A stretch of DNA of 63,333 bases, filler included, from Diploschistes diacapsis (GCA_023645945.1; 13 parts of 13 records of this genome joined end to end with filler, not necessarily neighbours in it), one strand, 5' to 3'. Positions 25,347 to 38,425 are shown, counted from the whole stretch's first letter. Notes: a model not told the origin generated them from the sequence alone. Translations and numbers: made by a program.

Positions 25347-25600
25347 AATATCACGCTTGTCCCGAAGAAGAGTTATATTAACTTTTCTTCCGTTTAGTTA
25401 TTAAGACAGAAAGTTAATAAATTAGACCTAATCACATCTACGAACAAGCTTAAAGCCATTACGGAACTTAACTTTTCGGAAAGCTTGACCCAGCTGGAAT
25501 ATTATATTAATTTAATAGGTTATATACGTAAATACGTACCCTATTACGCTGCGATAGTAGAACCTTTAGAGAAACGTAAAGTAATGTTTAACCAAGAATT
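25347..25600 (+). mobile_element. RIP-mutated Ty3/gypsy reverse transcriptase C-terminal/connection fragment
   Basis: NITLVPKKSYINFSSV*LLRQKV...KLKAITELNFSESLTQLEYYINLIGYIRKYVPYYAAIVEPLEKRK back-mutates to the KSYIGFPSVQLLGQKV...FP..L..LE.Y.GL.GY.R.YVP.YA....PL pattern. Confidence 0.85.
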
Positions 25601-26228
25601 CAAACCCGTTTCTTAAAAGTTTACGAGAGGGGCAAATGGATTTAAAGGAAAAAACCACGCGGAAAGGAAATTATTATAAAAATCAATAAAAAAAAGGTTT
25701 TAGCTTTTATATAACTACGAAANNNNNNNNNNNNNNNNNNNNNNNNNNNNNNNNNNNNNNNNNNNNTTAATTAATTAANNNNNNNNNNNNNNNNNNNNNN
25801 NNNNNNNNNNNNNNNNNNNNNNTTTTATTTAAATATTAAAGATTATTTATAACGGAATATCGAAAATAATTTATAATAACTAATAATACACGAAAAATAA
25901 ATATATTATATTTATTTATAATTACGCTATAAATCCGTCACGCTACGTAAACGTTCCGAAGAAATCCTTTAAAATTCTAATTCGCTCACGAAACCAAAAT
26001 CGATATAAATACGATCACGTAAAGTTATTTTAAAAAATATTTATTTAATTTAATTAAAAATTTAATAAATCGAAAATTAAACGTAATACGCCGATACGCG
26101 GACGCGAAATAAAAAGATAATTAATCCGTATAAAAGTTCGTATATTATTTAACGGATATTAAAGAACAGCTCGAGCTTTATACGAAAACGCAACGACGTC
26201 AATATCTTATCTCGAAATTACGAAAACC

Positions 26229-26509
26229 TGAAACGCCAGCGCAGGTATGGGATACTACACTACCGGGGGCTAAGCCTGATCCGGAGGGATTACGTGTAGC
26301 TAGGCATTTGCAGGTAAAAGGTCTCGATTCGAAAAGCTAGAGAAGAAATTATCTAAATAGGAGGGTAGCAGGAATAAATAATGTGTAGGTGCCAGTCTTA
26401 CAGGGTTCGGGTCCTACTCGCTTACATAACCACCTCCTAACATCCTTGGCACGATTAGTACCCGTCATGTGACCCTGGTGGCTTGGCACGCCTGAGCTGA
26501 TCTGTCTCA
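26229..26509 (-). mobile_element. LTR family B, 3' LTR (281 bp) with polypurine tract at 26510-26525
   Basis: TGAGACAGATC...GGCGTTTCA on minus, preceded by AGAAAAGGAAGTAG. The ~120 nt further upstream match those upstream of the 60730 copy. Confidence 0.85.
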
Positions 26510-27010
26510 CTACTTCCTTTTCTAGATACTTGTGTCTTTTATAAACGCGATGATGGCTTTTTTAATCAATATCTACTTCGATCTTTATTCCTTTCGCTAA
26601 TTTATTTAAAAGGATACTTATTATTCTTTCGTAATAGATATTATCGTCTTCTTAAACCCTTTTTAACGGTATCTTTATTTAAATTTACTTTTAGATTTTA
26701 TAAGAGAACGTGATCGTCGTGATAATCGATACTACCTTATTTTAAAAATTCGTTCTCGTTTATAATTCTTACTAGCGTGTACTGTCTATCCTTAGGCGTT
26801 ATTAGTTATAAAGGTTTCACCTTTTCGGGATTTAATTGATAAAACTCTCGTAGGATGTTAAAAGTATTTTCGAAATTAGTAGCGGGATATTAACTATCGT
26901 CGGTTAATTATTTTATTTAACGTATTCTATATTAAACGTTTATTCCTCGCTCGGGGCCCTTTTTGGCGTCGAAATCTCTTTAAATTCTTATTCTTCTTTA
27001 GTTTCTATCT

Positions 27011-27416
27011 TTATTAAAGATGATCTAAAATGCGCCTATCTTTTTAAAAAGTTTTGCGGGTCTTTTAAAAGTAAAAACGCGTGAAACGTTTTAAATTATT
27101 TTATCGACGTTAGTAGGTCCAGCTTAAAATCAATTTCGCTTATTTTTCGTAAAACGTTATAGAGGTCGCTTTATTTATTATTTAATTTTTTACAGGTTCG
27201 GGTAATTCTGATATTACGTATATCTAATTAAACCGAGTCGCCGGAATTGATCTTTTTAACGAAACGACGGTATTCGTCCGCGTATCGCTTTTATCGCTGT
27301 TAAACTAGATTTATTAGCGTCGATAAAGTAGTTTAAAACGTTTCACGCGTTCCTATTTTTAAAAGACCCGCAAGACCTTTTAAAGGAATAGGCGCATTCT
27401 AAACCATTTTCGGTAG
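27011..27416. repeat. Inverted duplication, ~117-bp arms (27011-27127 and 27300-27416) inside RIP-degraded gag-like sequence
   Basis: AATGCGCCTAT...TTGCGGGTCTTTTAAAA...AACGCGTGAAACGTTTTAAA has its reverse complement at the contig end; differences are transitions. Confidence 0.85.
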
Positions 27417-27518
27417 NNNNNNNNNNNNNNNNNNNNNNNNNNNNNNNNNNNNNNNNNNNNTTAATTAATTAANNNNNNNNNNNNNNNNNNNNNNNNNNNN
27501 NNNNNNNNNNNNNNNNCC

Positions 27519-30290
27519 TTAAGACCCCCTAATGACAACAACCTTATCCCTCTCCACCACCCTCGGCGCCTGCGGTGGCGGCGGCGGCAAGGGCGGCCTC
27601 TCCGGCCTCCGCCGATCGAACCACTCGCGCTCGACGATCTTCTCGCGCTCCTCGTCCCACGGCTTCTCGGCGATCATGCGAGCCGGGCTGCGCGGCGCCG
27701 GCTCCGGGTGCTTCTGCTCCCATTCGATCTGGCGGATGCGGTCGCGACGGCGGCTGCGCAGGTCGTTGGAGAGGGACACGAGGCGGGAGACGTCTTCCTG
27801 TCGTGGAAAAGGGAGGTCAGTGGGTGGGGAATTATGGAGTTAGGGGTATCGAGGTGTGGAGGATGGAAGAAGGGAGGGAAGGAGGGGGGGAGAAGGAAAA
27901 GGAAGGAAAGGTGAGGGAGGGAGAGCAGGCGGATGGGAAGGTATTCGGGCCAAGGAAAGAGTGGAGAATGGTGGGAATAAGAGAAGAAGAAAGGGGAGGC
28001 GAGATAAAAAGGAGGACCCGAAACCAGACAAAACTTACATATCGCAGATATTCCATGACGTAGAAAAAGTACTCCGTCTCCTCGTAGTCGTACCCTAAGC
28101 CCTCAATAGCCTCCTTAATCACCAGGTCCTTCGTAATCTCTGTCCACATCGTCTCCGTCTTTGGCCTCATGCCCACATACTTGCGCTTCTCGATCACCGT
28201 CTCCCTCTCCCGCTCGGGTCTCTCTCTCAGACTCTCCCTCTCCCTCTCCCTCTCTCTTTCCCTCTCCGGCTCGGGAATGAACCGGCTCCGCCGCACGCCG
28301 TTGTACCGCTGCCACGTAATCTCCTCGCTCGCCCCTCCTACGCCGTCCATCTTGACTCTGTTCGTTCCCGGCGGCACGTCGACAATGGCCCAGTCGCGCG
28401 TGGCGCCATTGTATCCCTCGCCAATATACGCGCGCTCGGCGGTCTTGCGGGCATAAAAATCTGACTCGTCCTGCGGTGCCGGGAGCGGGGCGCGTTCTGG
28501 GCCGCGTTCTGGGCGGCGGGATACGGTGGTCCTGGCATCCGGGCTTGGTGATCTGTGAATGCGTGCGGGCGAGGAGCGGCGGCGGTTGATGACGATGTCG
28601 TCGTCGTAGCGCTGGCCGTTGCGTTTGCCCTTTCGGTGGATCTCAATCTCGTCGTACACGGACTTGGGAGGAGAGGGAGGCGCAGGTGGGCTCGGAGGTC
28701 GGGACTTTGGTGCTGGGGCGGAGTGGGGTGGACGATATGTTTCGAAGCCTGCTTCCGTCAGAAGGTGCGTTTCGCCATCGGGGGTATAAAAAAGAGCTTA
28801 CCGTGATCTATGTGACGATGATGGGTGATAATTTCCTGGTGGATTGGAGGCGCTCGGATCGGTTCCGGTTCGCGTGGTGGCTCTGGTGGGGCCATAGTGG
28901 TCATTGAAGATGCAGAGGGCGACCTTTCTTTTCTGCGGATGACAAGCTCGTCGTTTCTCCCTCGTGGGCCATTGTGCTCGTCTCGCCTGATGATCAGCTC
29001 TTCCTCTTTGTAATCGCCGCCTCTTCCTCGCGTTCTCTGGGTCGTTACCGAGTCGATGCTGCCACGTCGAGACTTGGCGTCGCGGAAAGTGATCTGTTCG
29101 TCTCTCGTCTCCCGCCGGTCACGTTCGTGGATGCTGATATCGTCGTCCATGTAACCGCCGCCTCGTGTCCTCGACCGTTCGCGTACAGTTATGGACTCGT
29201 CTCGATACTCGCCTCTCCTTGGCGGATCGCGCGACCTCTCCTTGATTGTGATGTCCTCTTCGTGATACTCGCTTCTCGGCCGCTCGCGCTCCCTCTCGCG
29301 AATTCTAATCTCCTCGAATCTGTCCTCGCGAGGAGGTGGCGGCCTTTCACGCTCACGCTCTCTAATCGTGATCTCCTCAAGCCTGTCGTCGCGCGGAGGC
29401 GGTCTCTCCCGTTCACGCTCCCTGATGGTGATCTCCTCGTCGTGCCGGCCTCGAGGTCTTTCCCTCTCTCTTTCCCTGATCGTGATATCTTCTTCGCGGT
29501 AATCGCCCCGAGGTCTTTCCCTCTCTCTTTCCCGGATCGTAATATCCTCTTCGCGGTAGTCACCCCTCGGCCTTTCTCTTTCCCTTTCCCGAATGGTGAT
29601 ATCCTCTTCGTGGTATTCGCGCGGTCTTTCCCTCTCTCGCTCGCGGATGGTGATGGACTCGTTTCTATATTCTTGCTGTGGTGGCGGCCTCTCCCTTTCC
29701 CGCTCTCGAATGGTGATGTGCTCACGCTCGTGGCTCGGTTCCCTCCTTCGCGGAGCAAAAGTCCATTCTTCGACCTCTTTGGCCACCATCGGCTGTTCCT
29801 CCTTCGGTCTGTACATCCACTCTTCTTTGACAACCTCTCGCTCGTATGGGACCCTTCTCGGCTTGAAGACGACCTCTTCTTCGACAGTCTCGCGTTCCCG
29901 AGGCCTGCGCTCGCGCCTCTCGCCTCTATGGTACCTGATTTCTTCTTCCTCCACAACCTCTGTCCCGTTTAGTGGCCTGTCACGGTCCCGATCACGCTCG
30001 CGGTCTCGGTTGCCCGATCGAGCGATAATCACCTCTTCGTCCCGGTACTCGCGTTCGTCGCCGTGCCTGCTTCTGGCGGGGCCTCGGCCTTTGGTCTCCT
30101 GGATATCCTCCCTTACCACAAGTGCCCCGGCATGACTGTTGCGCCCATAGTCTTCGCGCATAAAATCCGGCTCGGGGTTTCCACGACGCCTCTCTCTAAT
30201 GTCAATTTCTTCGAACTCGGCGACCTGTGTGCCGCCACGCCGACGAGGTTGAGGAGAGTACTCTGAGGGGTGATATTCAGTCCGAGGCAT
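27519..30290 (-). CDS. Conserved Pezizomycotina R/E-rich disordered repeat protein with a C-terminal WTEITKDLV domain (DUF8035-like); join(complement 30290..28802,28748..28039,27797..27519), ~825 aa
   Basis: Tandem EEDITIRERERERPR repeats; conserved motifs PIRAPPIHQEIITHHRHIDHGF, EGYNGATRDWAIVDVPPGT, WQRYNGVRRSRF and MWTEITKDLVIKEAIE..GYDYEETEYFFYVMEYLRYEDV; both introns GTAAG..CTGAC..CAG. Confidence 0.88.
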
Positions 30291-33005
30291 GGTGGCAGCT
30301 TCGAGTCAGTTATTGAGCAAAGTAGAATTCCTATGTTGTCTTGATATGAGATGTTTAAGATTATATCTCACTCCCGGCGTTCTGCTGCCCACACTGATGC
30401 GACGGCGCAGGAAGCGGTCGAGTGAGTGGAGGGTGTTGTCAAGGAGCAAGCCCTCGGTTTTTTTTATCGATAAAAGACCATTAATCCGACCAGAAGCAAA
30501 TGTCGCCACGTTGATTGAACGAAGCTCTCAATTGTTTTTGGATCAGAGAGAAGTGTTGGAGTAGTGTAGTTTTTTTGAAGAAACGAGTTGAAAATGAGGC
30601 GGGGAGAGTGTGATGCTCGGGGCGGGCGGGGCTGAGCGAGGTCTCGAGACACCAGTCGAGTCGGGCCACGAGGGAAGTCTGGGCTGTTGGGGTCAAACGC
30701 AGGAGTTGTCAGCAGGATGATGGGAATAATTCTGTACTCTCGTGTTGTTTGTTGAAGAAGTTGTTTTGTGAAAGAATCAAGTAGTTGATCAAAGGCTTGC
30801 TGGACGTTCAGTGAAGCACATGCTTGAGCAGAACGATGAAGAAAATCAACGGTCTTCAGAACGTCATCACTGCTACTTCGTGGAAAATCGTCACGCTTTT
30901 CCTTTTCCTTTTCCTGATTTACCTGGGTGTTATGTGCCTTCATTGGATTGTCCAAGACAATGCCAACGCAATGAGCCTCTTTATGGCATTTGATCGCCTG
31001 CAAGCGGTCCCTTGGGCAAGTGTGTGTGGTGCTATTTCTTTAGAATTCATTCAACCATTGCACCTATGGCTGAAAGCTTCAAGATATATTTCTACAACGC
31101 TATCTGTGCTTTGGAAGTAAAGGCACCAGAGGCTCCATGTAAGGGGGAACAGCTACCCACAAATCTAACCGCCCACCTCTCTCTACCTGGATCGTGTAGG
31201 AAACGGCCGAACCGAACCGTGCAAAACCGACCAGCCTTCCATGACCCTTTTTCTCGTGTAGGAACTGACGCAATACTGCCACTACTGATTTCAAGGTAGT
31301 ACAAGGTTCCAATGTTATGTGCTCTATGCAGCCAATTCTCACCAAATCTTCCTCGGCCTATGGGGAAGAAATCTGAGTGAGAATGCCGCAGGTCGAAAAG
31401 TGCCGTGGACCGCCCCTCCCCGATTCAAGTTGCTCGATTGTCAAATGGGTGGGTGCATATAGTCAAAAGGAGAGGGGAGGGCCGACGATCAAATAACGGG
31501 CAAGCGAATGAACTCGGGGTGCAGGATCCTAGACTCCCTTCATATACGGGGTTGGGTCTCACCGAAGGCGAATGCTTGTTGGAACGAGAGTGCTCTCATT
31601 AATGCAGAGAGAACACCCGTTGCAGCTGCATATGCTTTTTGGGATTGGCTCGAAGACGCCTCTGCTCTTACCAGGTACGCATAGCCCCCAAAGCCGCCCA
31701 GCTGAGACCAGTCGGCATGGTCGGAAGATTCTCGAGGTCTGCGAGATGTCTAGTCCTCCCGTGGCTCGCAAATAAGAGGAAGAGATGTGGACAAGTCTGC
31801 GTACCATACTCCCAACCTGCACGGGACTCGCAAATGGTCTTGCACCGAAGGCCGGGATTCACATTTGCCAGGTGGTGGTGGGCTCGTTCTTTGAGTCTCC
31901 TGCTTTCTGGCTTACTCTGTGCCGATTGTGTCTACCGATGCCCAATCTCAAGATTACACCGAGCGTCAGAGAACAGGATGGTGGCATGAAAGGTCCTCTC
32001 CATTGGCCCAAGACTTACTAAAAGGCCTGGCACTGAGGGTTCGTTTTCGTAGCCAAGCTTGGTGCTCGTGTAATGTGCAGGTTCTGCAACATGACTGGAC
32101 AAGGTGTATTTGCCATATAAATGAAGGGCCATTCTGTAGAAAGCGGCGAAAAAAGTAAGACCCCAAGCATGACCGAAAAGAAATAGAGAGAGATGGGTCT
32201 TCAAGTCAATGCAGATGGCGTTCTTTCAGTGAAATTGCCCTGGACTTGGCGGAATCCTGCGGCAAAAATACCCTCCATAAGTTATTAAACTGAGCGAAAC
32301 GAGGTTGCCTGTCCTTTCACCATCGCCATGCAAGACTGGCTGTCTAAAAAATACACATCCCCAGGCTCGTTCGTGATACTCAAAAATCCTTCATAGTGGC
32401 CAAATCCATAACCAATGCGCCAATCTACCTCCTTGAATGCAGAGCCAGAAGTGCTCGCTAAAAGCCTTACGCCAACGCTATGCTTCGGCTAACATTGTGC
32501 TTGTACAAGATCCACAATCCGCGAACGTTGAAAATATTCAAGCGGCCGTCAATGGGGGTAAAAATCCGTAGAAATTTTTGGAGAACAGCCTTGACATCCT
32601 GCGGCATCCCAGGAGGCAGCCCATTAGAAGCCGAGGGACACAAGTAGGTCTAGAACATGAGCTGACCGCTTCAGATTCCGTGAATAGACAGATCCCATGG
32701 ATAGTGGCAGCCAAGATAGGAACTTCGCCGGAGGCCAGTCAGCGATGAAAGAGAAGCGCAATCATGGTGGGAAGCACAGGTAGTCCGAAAAAAAAGGTTA
32801 CCATGTCCCAGGTGCCAGAGTCAGAGGCCGTTCAATCAATCAATCAATGCCAGGCATCAAATGGTGTCCCGCTCCGGTGCAAGGACAAACAGGCATCACA
32901 CGACCGATGGCCATTCAACGGCCCAGGCTTGAGACTTTAGAAGAAATTCCTAAGATAGGAAGCTATGACGTCCGAGCAAGAAAGAAATGGATGACGAGGG
33001 TCTCT

Positions 33006-34052
33006 CTATCGACGTCTGGTGCCATAAGAATCGGCGGCCGATGGTGGTGCCCTCGCATAATGCTCCCTTGGCATCTGTTCATACGGAGAAGGGTTCGATC
33101 CTCGAGGCGGTACGCCATAAGCAGGGCCTTGAACACCGGACATGGGATCGTACCCGCCGAACCTCGGATCTCTTGGATCTTCCATGACACGGGGCACGGG
33201 CTGTCCGGCATAGAACCCGGCGTGCATTTCTCTGGCTCGGCCTGGGTCGGGGTAGCCGTTGGGCGTTTGGTAGCCATAGCCCGGCGGTGGCATGTCCCGA
33301 GAGCCTGGTGGATAATTATACTCCTGCGCATACCTTGTATCATAGGACGCGGGCATGCTGCTCGGAGGAGCCATGGTGTAGGACGGACCGCCTGGATATG
33401 GAGCAGAACCGTACATGGAAACAGGGTATCCATTTGCTGGCGGCTCCGAGGAATATTGGCTGGGCATGGGATAAGGGTTCGTGCTTTGGTTGTAAGCTCT
33501 GTCTCTGTCGGTATCGTAGTCCGGGTGATCCCTCCGAATCCGGGTTTGTGATTCCTCGTACCGCACCTCTAACTTGTGTCAGAGCGATGCCTGGTACGAT
33601 CATGCTCGCAACTCACCGTCGCGGTTGTGGCCGCGCAGGTTTCGGTTTTCTTGTATAAAAGCTTGCGATAATGCCTTGAGGTCGTCAAGCATGTCCTTGG
33701 TGCATGTCAGTGTGGGGTTATAATATAAGAAAGACAATGTAGTACAGGAGTGAAGGGGCGAAGAGCCTTGATTTTGAAGCCAGGCTTGCCCTAAGTCGCG
33801 TGAGTCCTCCAGGCACAGTCTTCAAAAGTCATGCAAACGAACATTGAACTCGAAAGGCCTCGATGTGGCCTCGGAACCTAGAAATCTACATATGGAGCTC
33901 TGGAGGACCTGGCGGTCAATGCCTTCCCCGTCAAGCCAGAATTCATCCAATTTGGGCCTGGCGGCAGCAGCTTCCCTCTGTGCTGGCCGTTTGCTGGGAT
34001 AGTCATCGCGATGTTCACCTCCTCTACGGTCTCCGTCACGACGAGTGGTCAT
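33006..34052 (-). CDS. RfeG-like putative transcription regulator; join(complement 34052..33843,33790..33746,33695..33617,33568..33006), ~298 aa
   Basis: DEFWLDGEGIDRQVLQSSICRFLGSEATSRP...GKPGFKIKALRPFTPDMLDDLKALS resembles the RfeG N-domain (EYF..GDGI.REVI.ADICRYLG.DA.VRP...GY.I.AYR.LT.EMI.DLK), followed by YEESQT and a P/Y/G-rich tail. Three short frame-restoring introns. Confidence 0.8.
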
Positions 34053-35541
34053 GATTGCGATGACGATGATCTATCGTCTGACGCGATTTTCCAAGAGGGC
34101 TTGGGCTTTCACGGGCCAGTAAAACTCTGAAGATCAGGCAAAGTATCCAGGAGAGAGTCCTCGATTTCTTGGGAGTCCTTTATAGAAAAATCACAGCGCC
34201 TGGGAAGAAATATCTTGATGGAAGCGTTATCTGCAATATAGATAAACGTCCAGATTAGAGAGCAAAGAGAAAGTGGAAGAAGAGAGAAGAGTGTGGTGGC
34301 GGAGGGGGTAGAAAAGGCTAGTAGCCGCGGGGTCGGCAGGGCAGGGGTTGGGCAGGCTGAAAGTGACCGTCGCGGTTTGGCTGGCGGCGATTGGACAACA
34401 GGGGGAAAAGCAAACCGGCTTTGATTATCATACTACTGCTGCAAAACCAAAAACCACAGGGCAGCAATCACTCTGGCCTGGGCTTATCATCTACCCACTA
34501 GATAACTCGATAGCCCCAAATCCCCGGTAGCCGTAAAAAAAAACAATAAACATAAACATAAACATAAATGCGCGGCTTGACTAATAAGATTTCAAAGCCT
34601 TGACTTTGATGAGAATGAAGATGAAGAGGGATATGCACAAGGTGACGTGGAGTCAGGTGAGAGGCCGGCGGAACAGCTTTATGGAACGCTTTACTGGCCA
34701 GTATCTCGACTTACTCGCCTCTCATCGCCACATTATGCCCCCCTTGTGCCTCGACAACTAGGTAGGTAAGGTGTTGGTATCTTCGGAACGAGACCCTTTT
34801 TTCATAGTGGCAACTCTTCGCATCACCGCGACGTTTCTGTGACTTATGTACCTAGTTCTCCATGCAAGTGACATACGCACTATGCGTTAGTGGATTGGAT
34901 TGGATTGGATTGCCATAGAAATTGTTTGAGTAATTCTTCGTTCAAGAGGTTGACAGCTTCCCCGTCACGAAAAGACTTGGGTGGTACTCTAGTCACCGGG
35001 ACAGCCTTGTTTGGGATCGTCATTCGGAGTAGCCAATCGCCCCAAGTGATTCGTCTCACCCCATCACAGTACAATTTAGCGTTGGGCAGTGACGCTGCCC
35101 GCTAGCCGTTTGCTTCTCGCGGATTGACCAACGGTAGCCACTTCAGTGCTCCCCCCCTATTTCCTTTGGTGTGCCACACGCTTGCCCTGAAATGGCTTCG
35201 GTGAGGCTATCTTCCAGGAAGTAACAAAAAGTAAGTGTTTTTGTTTGCGGCAGATGCTGGCAGACTGATTTTTCGCTTCATGTTCCACAGTCAGTGTCCC
35301 TGCGGCGGCAGGACTCTCTCTGTACCTGGTGGCTGTGAGATTGGAGGGCTCCACATATTCCAGCCGCGTGTTACCTTCGGGCCCAACCTTTTCAACAATC
35401 TTGCTGTGATCCTGCATCCAGGAATGCCTCACCATTCTCTAATGGCGTTGCCTCGTCTGGAGACTAGCTCCCCACAACCCAGGCACCTTGCTTCGCGCTT
35501 CGTATCCTTTGCATCCATGTTACAGTGGCTGGATCTTGTAT

Positions 35542-37170
35542 TCATCGGTATGCCGAGTAGGCTGCCTCCTGCCGTAATCGATGTCGCACCATGTCCACCA
35601 CTGCAGGATCGTAGATGTCTTCGGGTCGCTTTCGGGGTATCAGAACATTCTTCTCATGGGCTATCGCTTCCTCTTTGGTCATGCAAACCAGATCGGTCAG
35701 GGCAAAGTTCATGCTCTTTTGACCTTCGTAGACCGTACTGGCCTTGAACTTTCCTTCGGGAGCTCTCCACCGTACTAGCGTCAGTCTCGTTGGTAGAGCA
35801 CTAAGCACGCTCTTCCCCCAGAATACTTCGTCAATCAAAAAGGCAACGTCGTCCTTGGTGATAGGAGCTCGTAGTCCGGCAGCATCCTCGCCATCTGCTT
35901 TTACCAATCTCTCCTCGGAGGCCTGGAGGCCTGCAAAGACCGTATCGTACATCTTGTCCCTTGCCTTGCCACCGCCTGTTTCATGGGGGTACCCACTGAC
36001 CTCCATGATAACAAAGTTGGCGACTACCAACCCGAACATCGCAGGCATGGTGCCAAGAACTGGCAATATGCGGGCCCGAAAGTCTGGCAAAACGCTCAGC
36101 TCGCCCACGCCGCCTTTCTGTACCTCATCTTCTGGCAGCGGGAGGAGACTTGCTTTTCCCTGGCCGAATTTCTCGATTGAGTAGACAACAGGTACACCCT
36201 CGCGAATCCCCAGTTGTCTCAATCTTATTCGGGTGGCTCGCGATAATGGATCTTCCAGGGTGGCGCTGATGTCGCCTACCAAGATGCGGGTGGGGTCGCT
36301 CTTGCAGCCAGCGCCCATGGAGCTTATCACTTTGATCTTGTTCGTATGACAGTAATGCAGTAGCGCGACCTTGCTGTCGATGTTATCGATGGCATCGACC
36401 ACGTAGTCTGGCGTTCGGCCGTCTGCACCACCAAATGGCCCCAAGAGCCTTGCAGCTTGATCTTTCTTCCAGACCTCGTTGAAGCATTCCCATTGGACCC
36501 ACGGGACAACGGTTTCGAGCCTTCGCTGTATGCAGCGCACTTTCGGCATACCGACATCGGCCAATGTGGCCACGGCGTGTCTGTTCAGAGAAGATAAGGT
36601 GACTTGGTCGAAATCTATTAGGCGGATTCGTGAGACTCCGGAGCGAGCTAATGCAGCGGTGCAGTGTGATCCCACCCCTCCTAGACCAATGATCACGATA
36701 AAAGTGTCGCGCAGTCTGGAAAGACCAGCGGGCTTGAGGAAGGTCGAAGTACGAGTCAATTGCTCCTCTATGAGCTCTGAGAAAGTATTGTTAGATTGAG
36801 CCCAATGGACTGCCCTTTCTGGCCCCTACCTGCATCGTAGTGGCCCTCTCGAGCTCTACGGGCAAGTTCGGCCGCTCGCTCATCCTCCTTGCTCGCAGTG
36901 GAAGGAAGGGATTTGGGTAATTCATAACTGGGTACCTATTCCTGTAGTTAGCATCTTTGCACGAATGGGTCAACGTTCTCCAAGTACAGCGTCCAAGTTT
37001 GAGTTAATGTCAGATCGAGGAATCTCAGCCTTCAGATCCTCGACAGCAATTCTCCGCTGAATATCCTGAACAGTAAAAACAGTCCATGCTGTTATGAGTC
37101 CACCAACGATAGCCGCAGTAGCAAGGTGTATTCGTGACGACGAAGCTTGCTGTTGTAGCCATGCTGACAT
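35542..37170 (-). CDS. TCD2: tRNA threonylcarbamoyladenosine dehydratase (ThiF/E1-like, Tcd1/Tcd2 family); join(complement 37170..36988,36935..36830,36776..35542), ~507 aa
   Basis: N-terminal TM anchor; GLGGVGSH; IDFDQVTLSSLNRHAVATLADVG; DAIDN; SSMGAGCKSDPT; DPLSR; RILPVLGTMPAMFG. Tcd1 versus Tcd2 cannot be distinguished by eye. Confidence 0.93.
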
Positions 37171-38425
37171 TATCGATCGACTTTGATGGATTCTTGAAAG
37201 GAGAAATGTTTTCCTGAAGCTTGCTTTTTGCTTGCCGATGTTAAGCGAGCGTAATATTCTCGGTACGGAAAATTATCAGCGCCGTGAGCCGAGCTAAGTG
37301 GCCTGCGCGGATACTGTATGATAAAAAGTTCATTCATGAAGTACAGCTAAACAAGCATGGAAAGTGCCGGTAAGTGATGCAGATGAAACGAATCTGCCCG
37401 TTGTTCCCATCTCTACTGACATCTGTTATTTCGCTATATACACTGACTAGGAGATAGCTGTGGCCAATGTCGATATCTCTCACCCGAGCTACATGATGTT
37501 GACGAAGTCTTTACGGCATCGCTTGACGAATGAATGAAAACATGAACAGAGATCCTAGGCCTACGGCTCTTCCCTTGTGGCCTCTACCTTCTTATTCTCC
37601 CTCGTGTTTTGATACCATTCTTTTTGGGCGCATCGACATGGAGCAAGCCATGACGACAATATCTTCTCGGAGGACCTGACACTGTCGGCCTGTGATGGGA
37701 AAATTACAAGTAGTTTTCAATCGGAAGCAGACGTTCGGTAAGTTGCAAACATGATTGTGTTACGTGGCTATCTTCTAACACGCACGATCTAGGTCATTCG
37801 CGCCCGAGGGGTGAGAATGTCGAAGCCGCTTGAGGATGGAAGGAAACGGCTCGGTGATGAATATTAGTGTCAAAAGCCAAAATTGGCAGGCAGCCGATTA
37901 TGTCTACTTGTTTTCGAACGGGTGACATTGGTATGGTTGTCGATGAGAACCTGAGAGCTAATCTGAGAGCCCAAGACACATTGCTTTTCTGATTTTTTAG
38001 CAAACTTGAAGCGAATGAAGTGTTTTCCTAGATTGTCAAAAGATTGAATTTTAACTCTTGACGGAGGTATAGTACCTCTTATGCAGTAAGCTTCTTGTTA
38101 GTGTATTGCCATGGACCCTGGACCATGGACTCCCGCTTTGGGGTCTCAAAGGTCCTGGAACTCTCTGGTGGTCTTATTCGATAAAATTGTGGCTCTCCAT
38201 GTAGTTTCAATTGAATAGACCTTGTAGTGAGAGCAATAAGATACTAGTAGACTTCTATGTACAAAGAGGATCGCACTTTTTATACAGCATCAGACACGTC
38301 CTCTCCAAGCTTGACGCCTTCTATTCCCGTGATCATTCATCGTACATTCCACCCAAGCCACCCGAGCCACCCAAGCCACCAATAGTCATTGCTGTAACCC
38401 CTCAAAAACGTCAGCCTACCAAGTA

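Noticed and set aside
22432..27416. AT-rich contigs as mitochondrial, bacterial or viral DNA
   Set aside because: They translate to gypsy/copia/pogo proteins with stops at Q/W codons and CA/TG depletion, i.e. RIP-mutated nuclear repeats.
28974..30135. Long antisense and alternative-frame ORFs over the RE-repeat gene
   Set aside because: Stop-poor by-products of the repetitive purine-rich coding strand.
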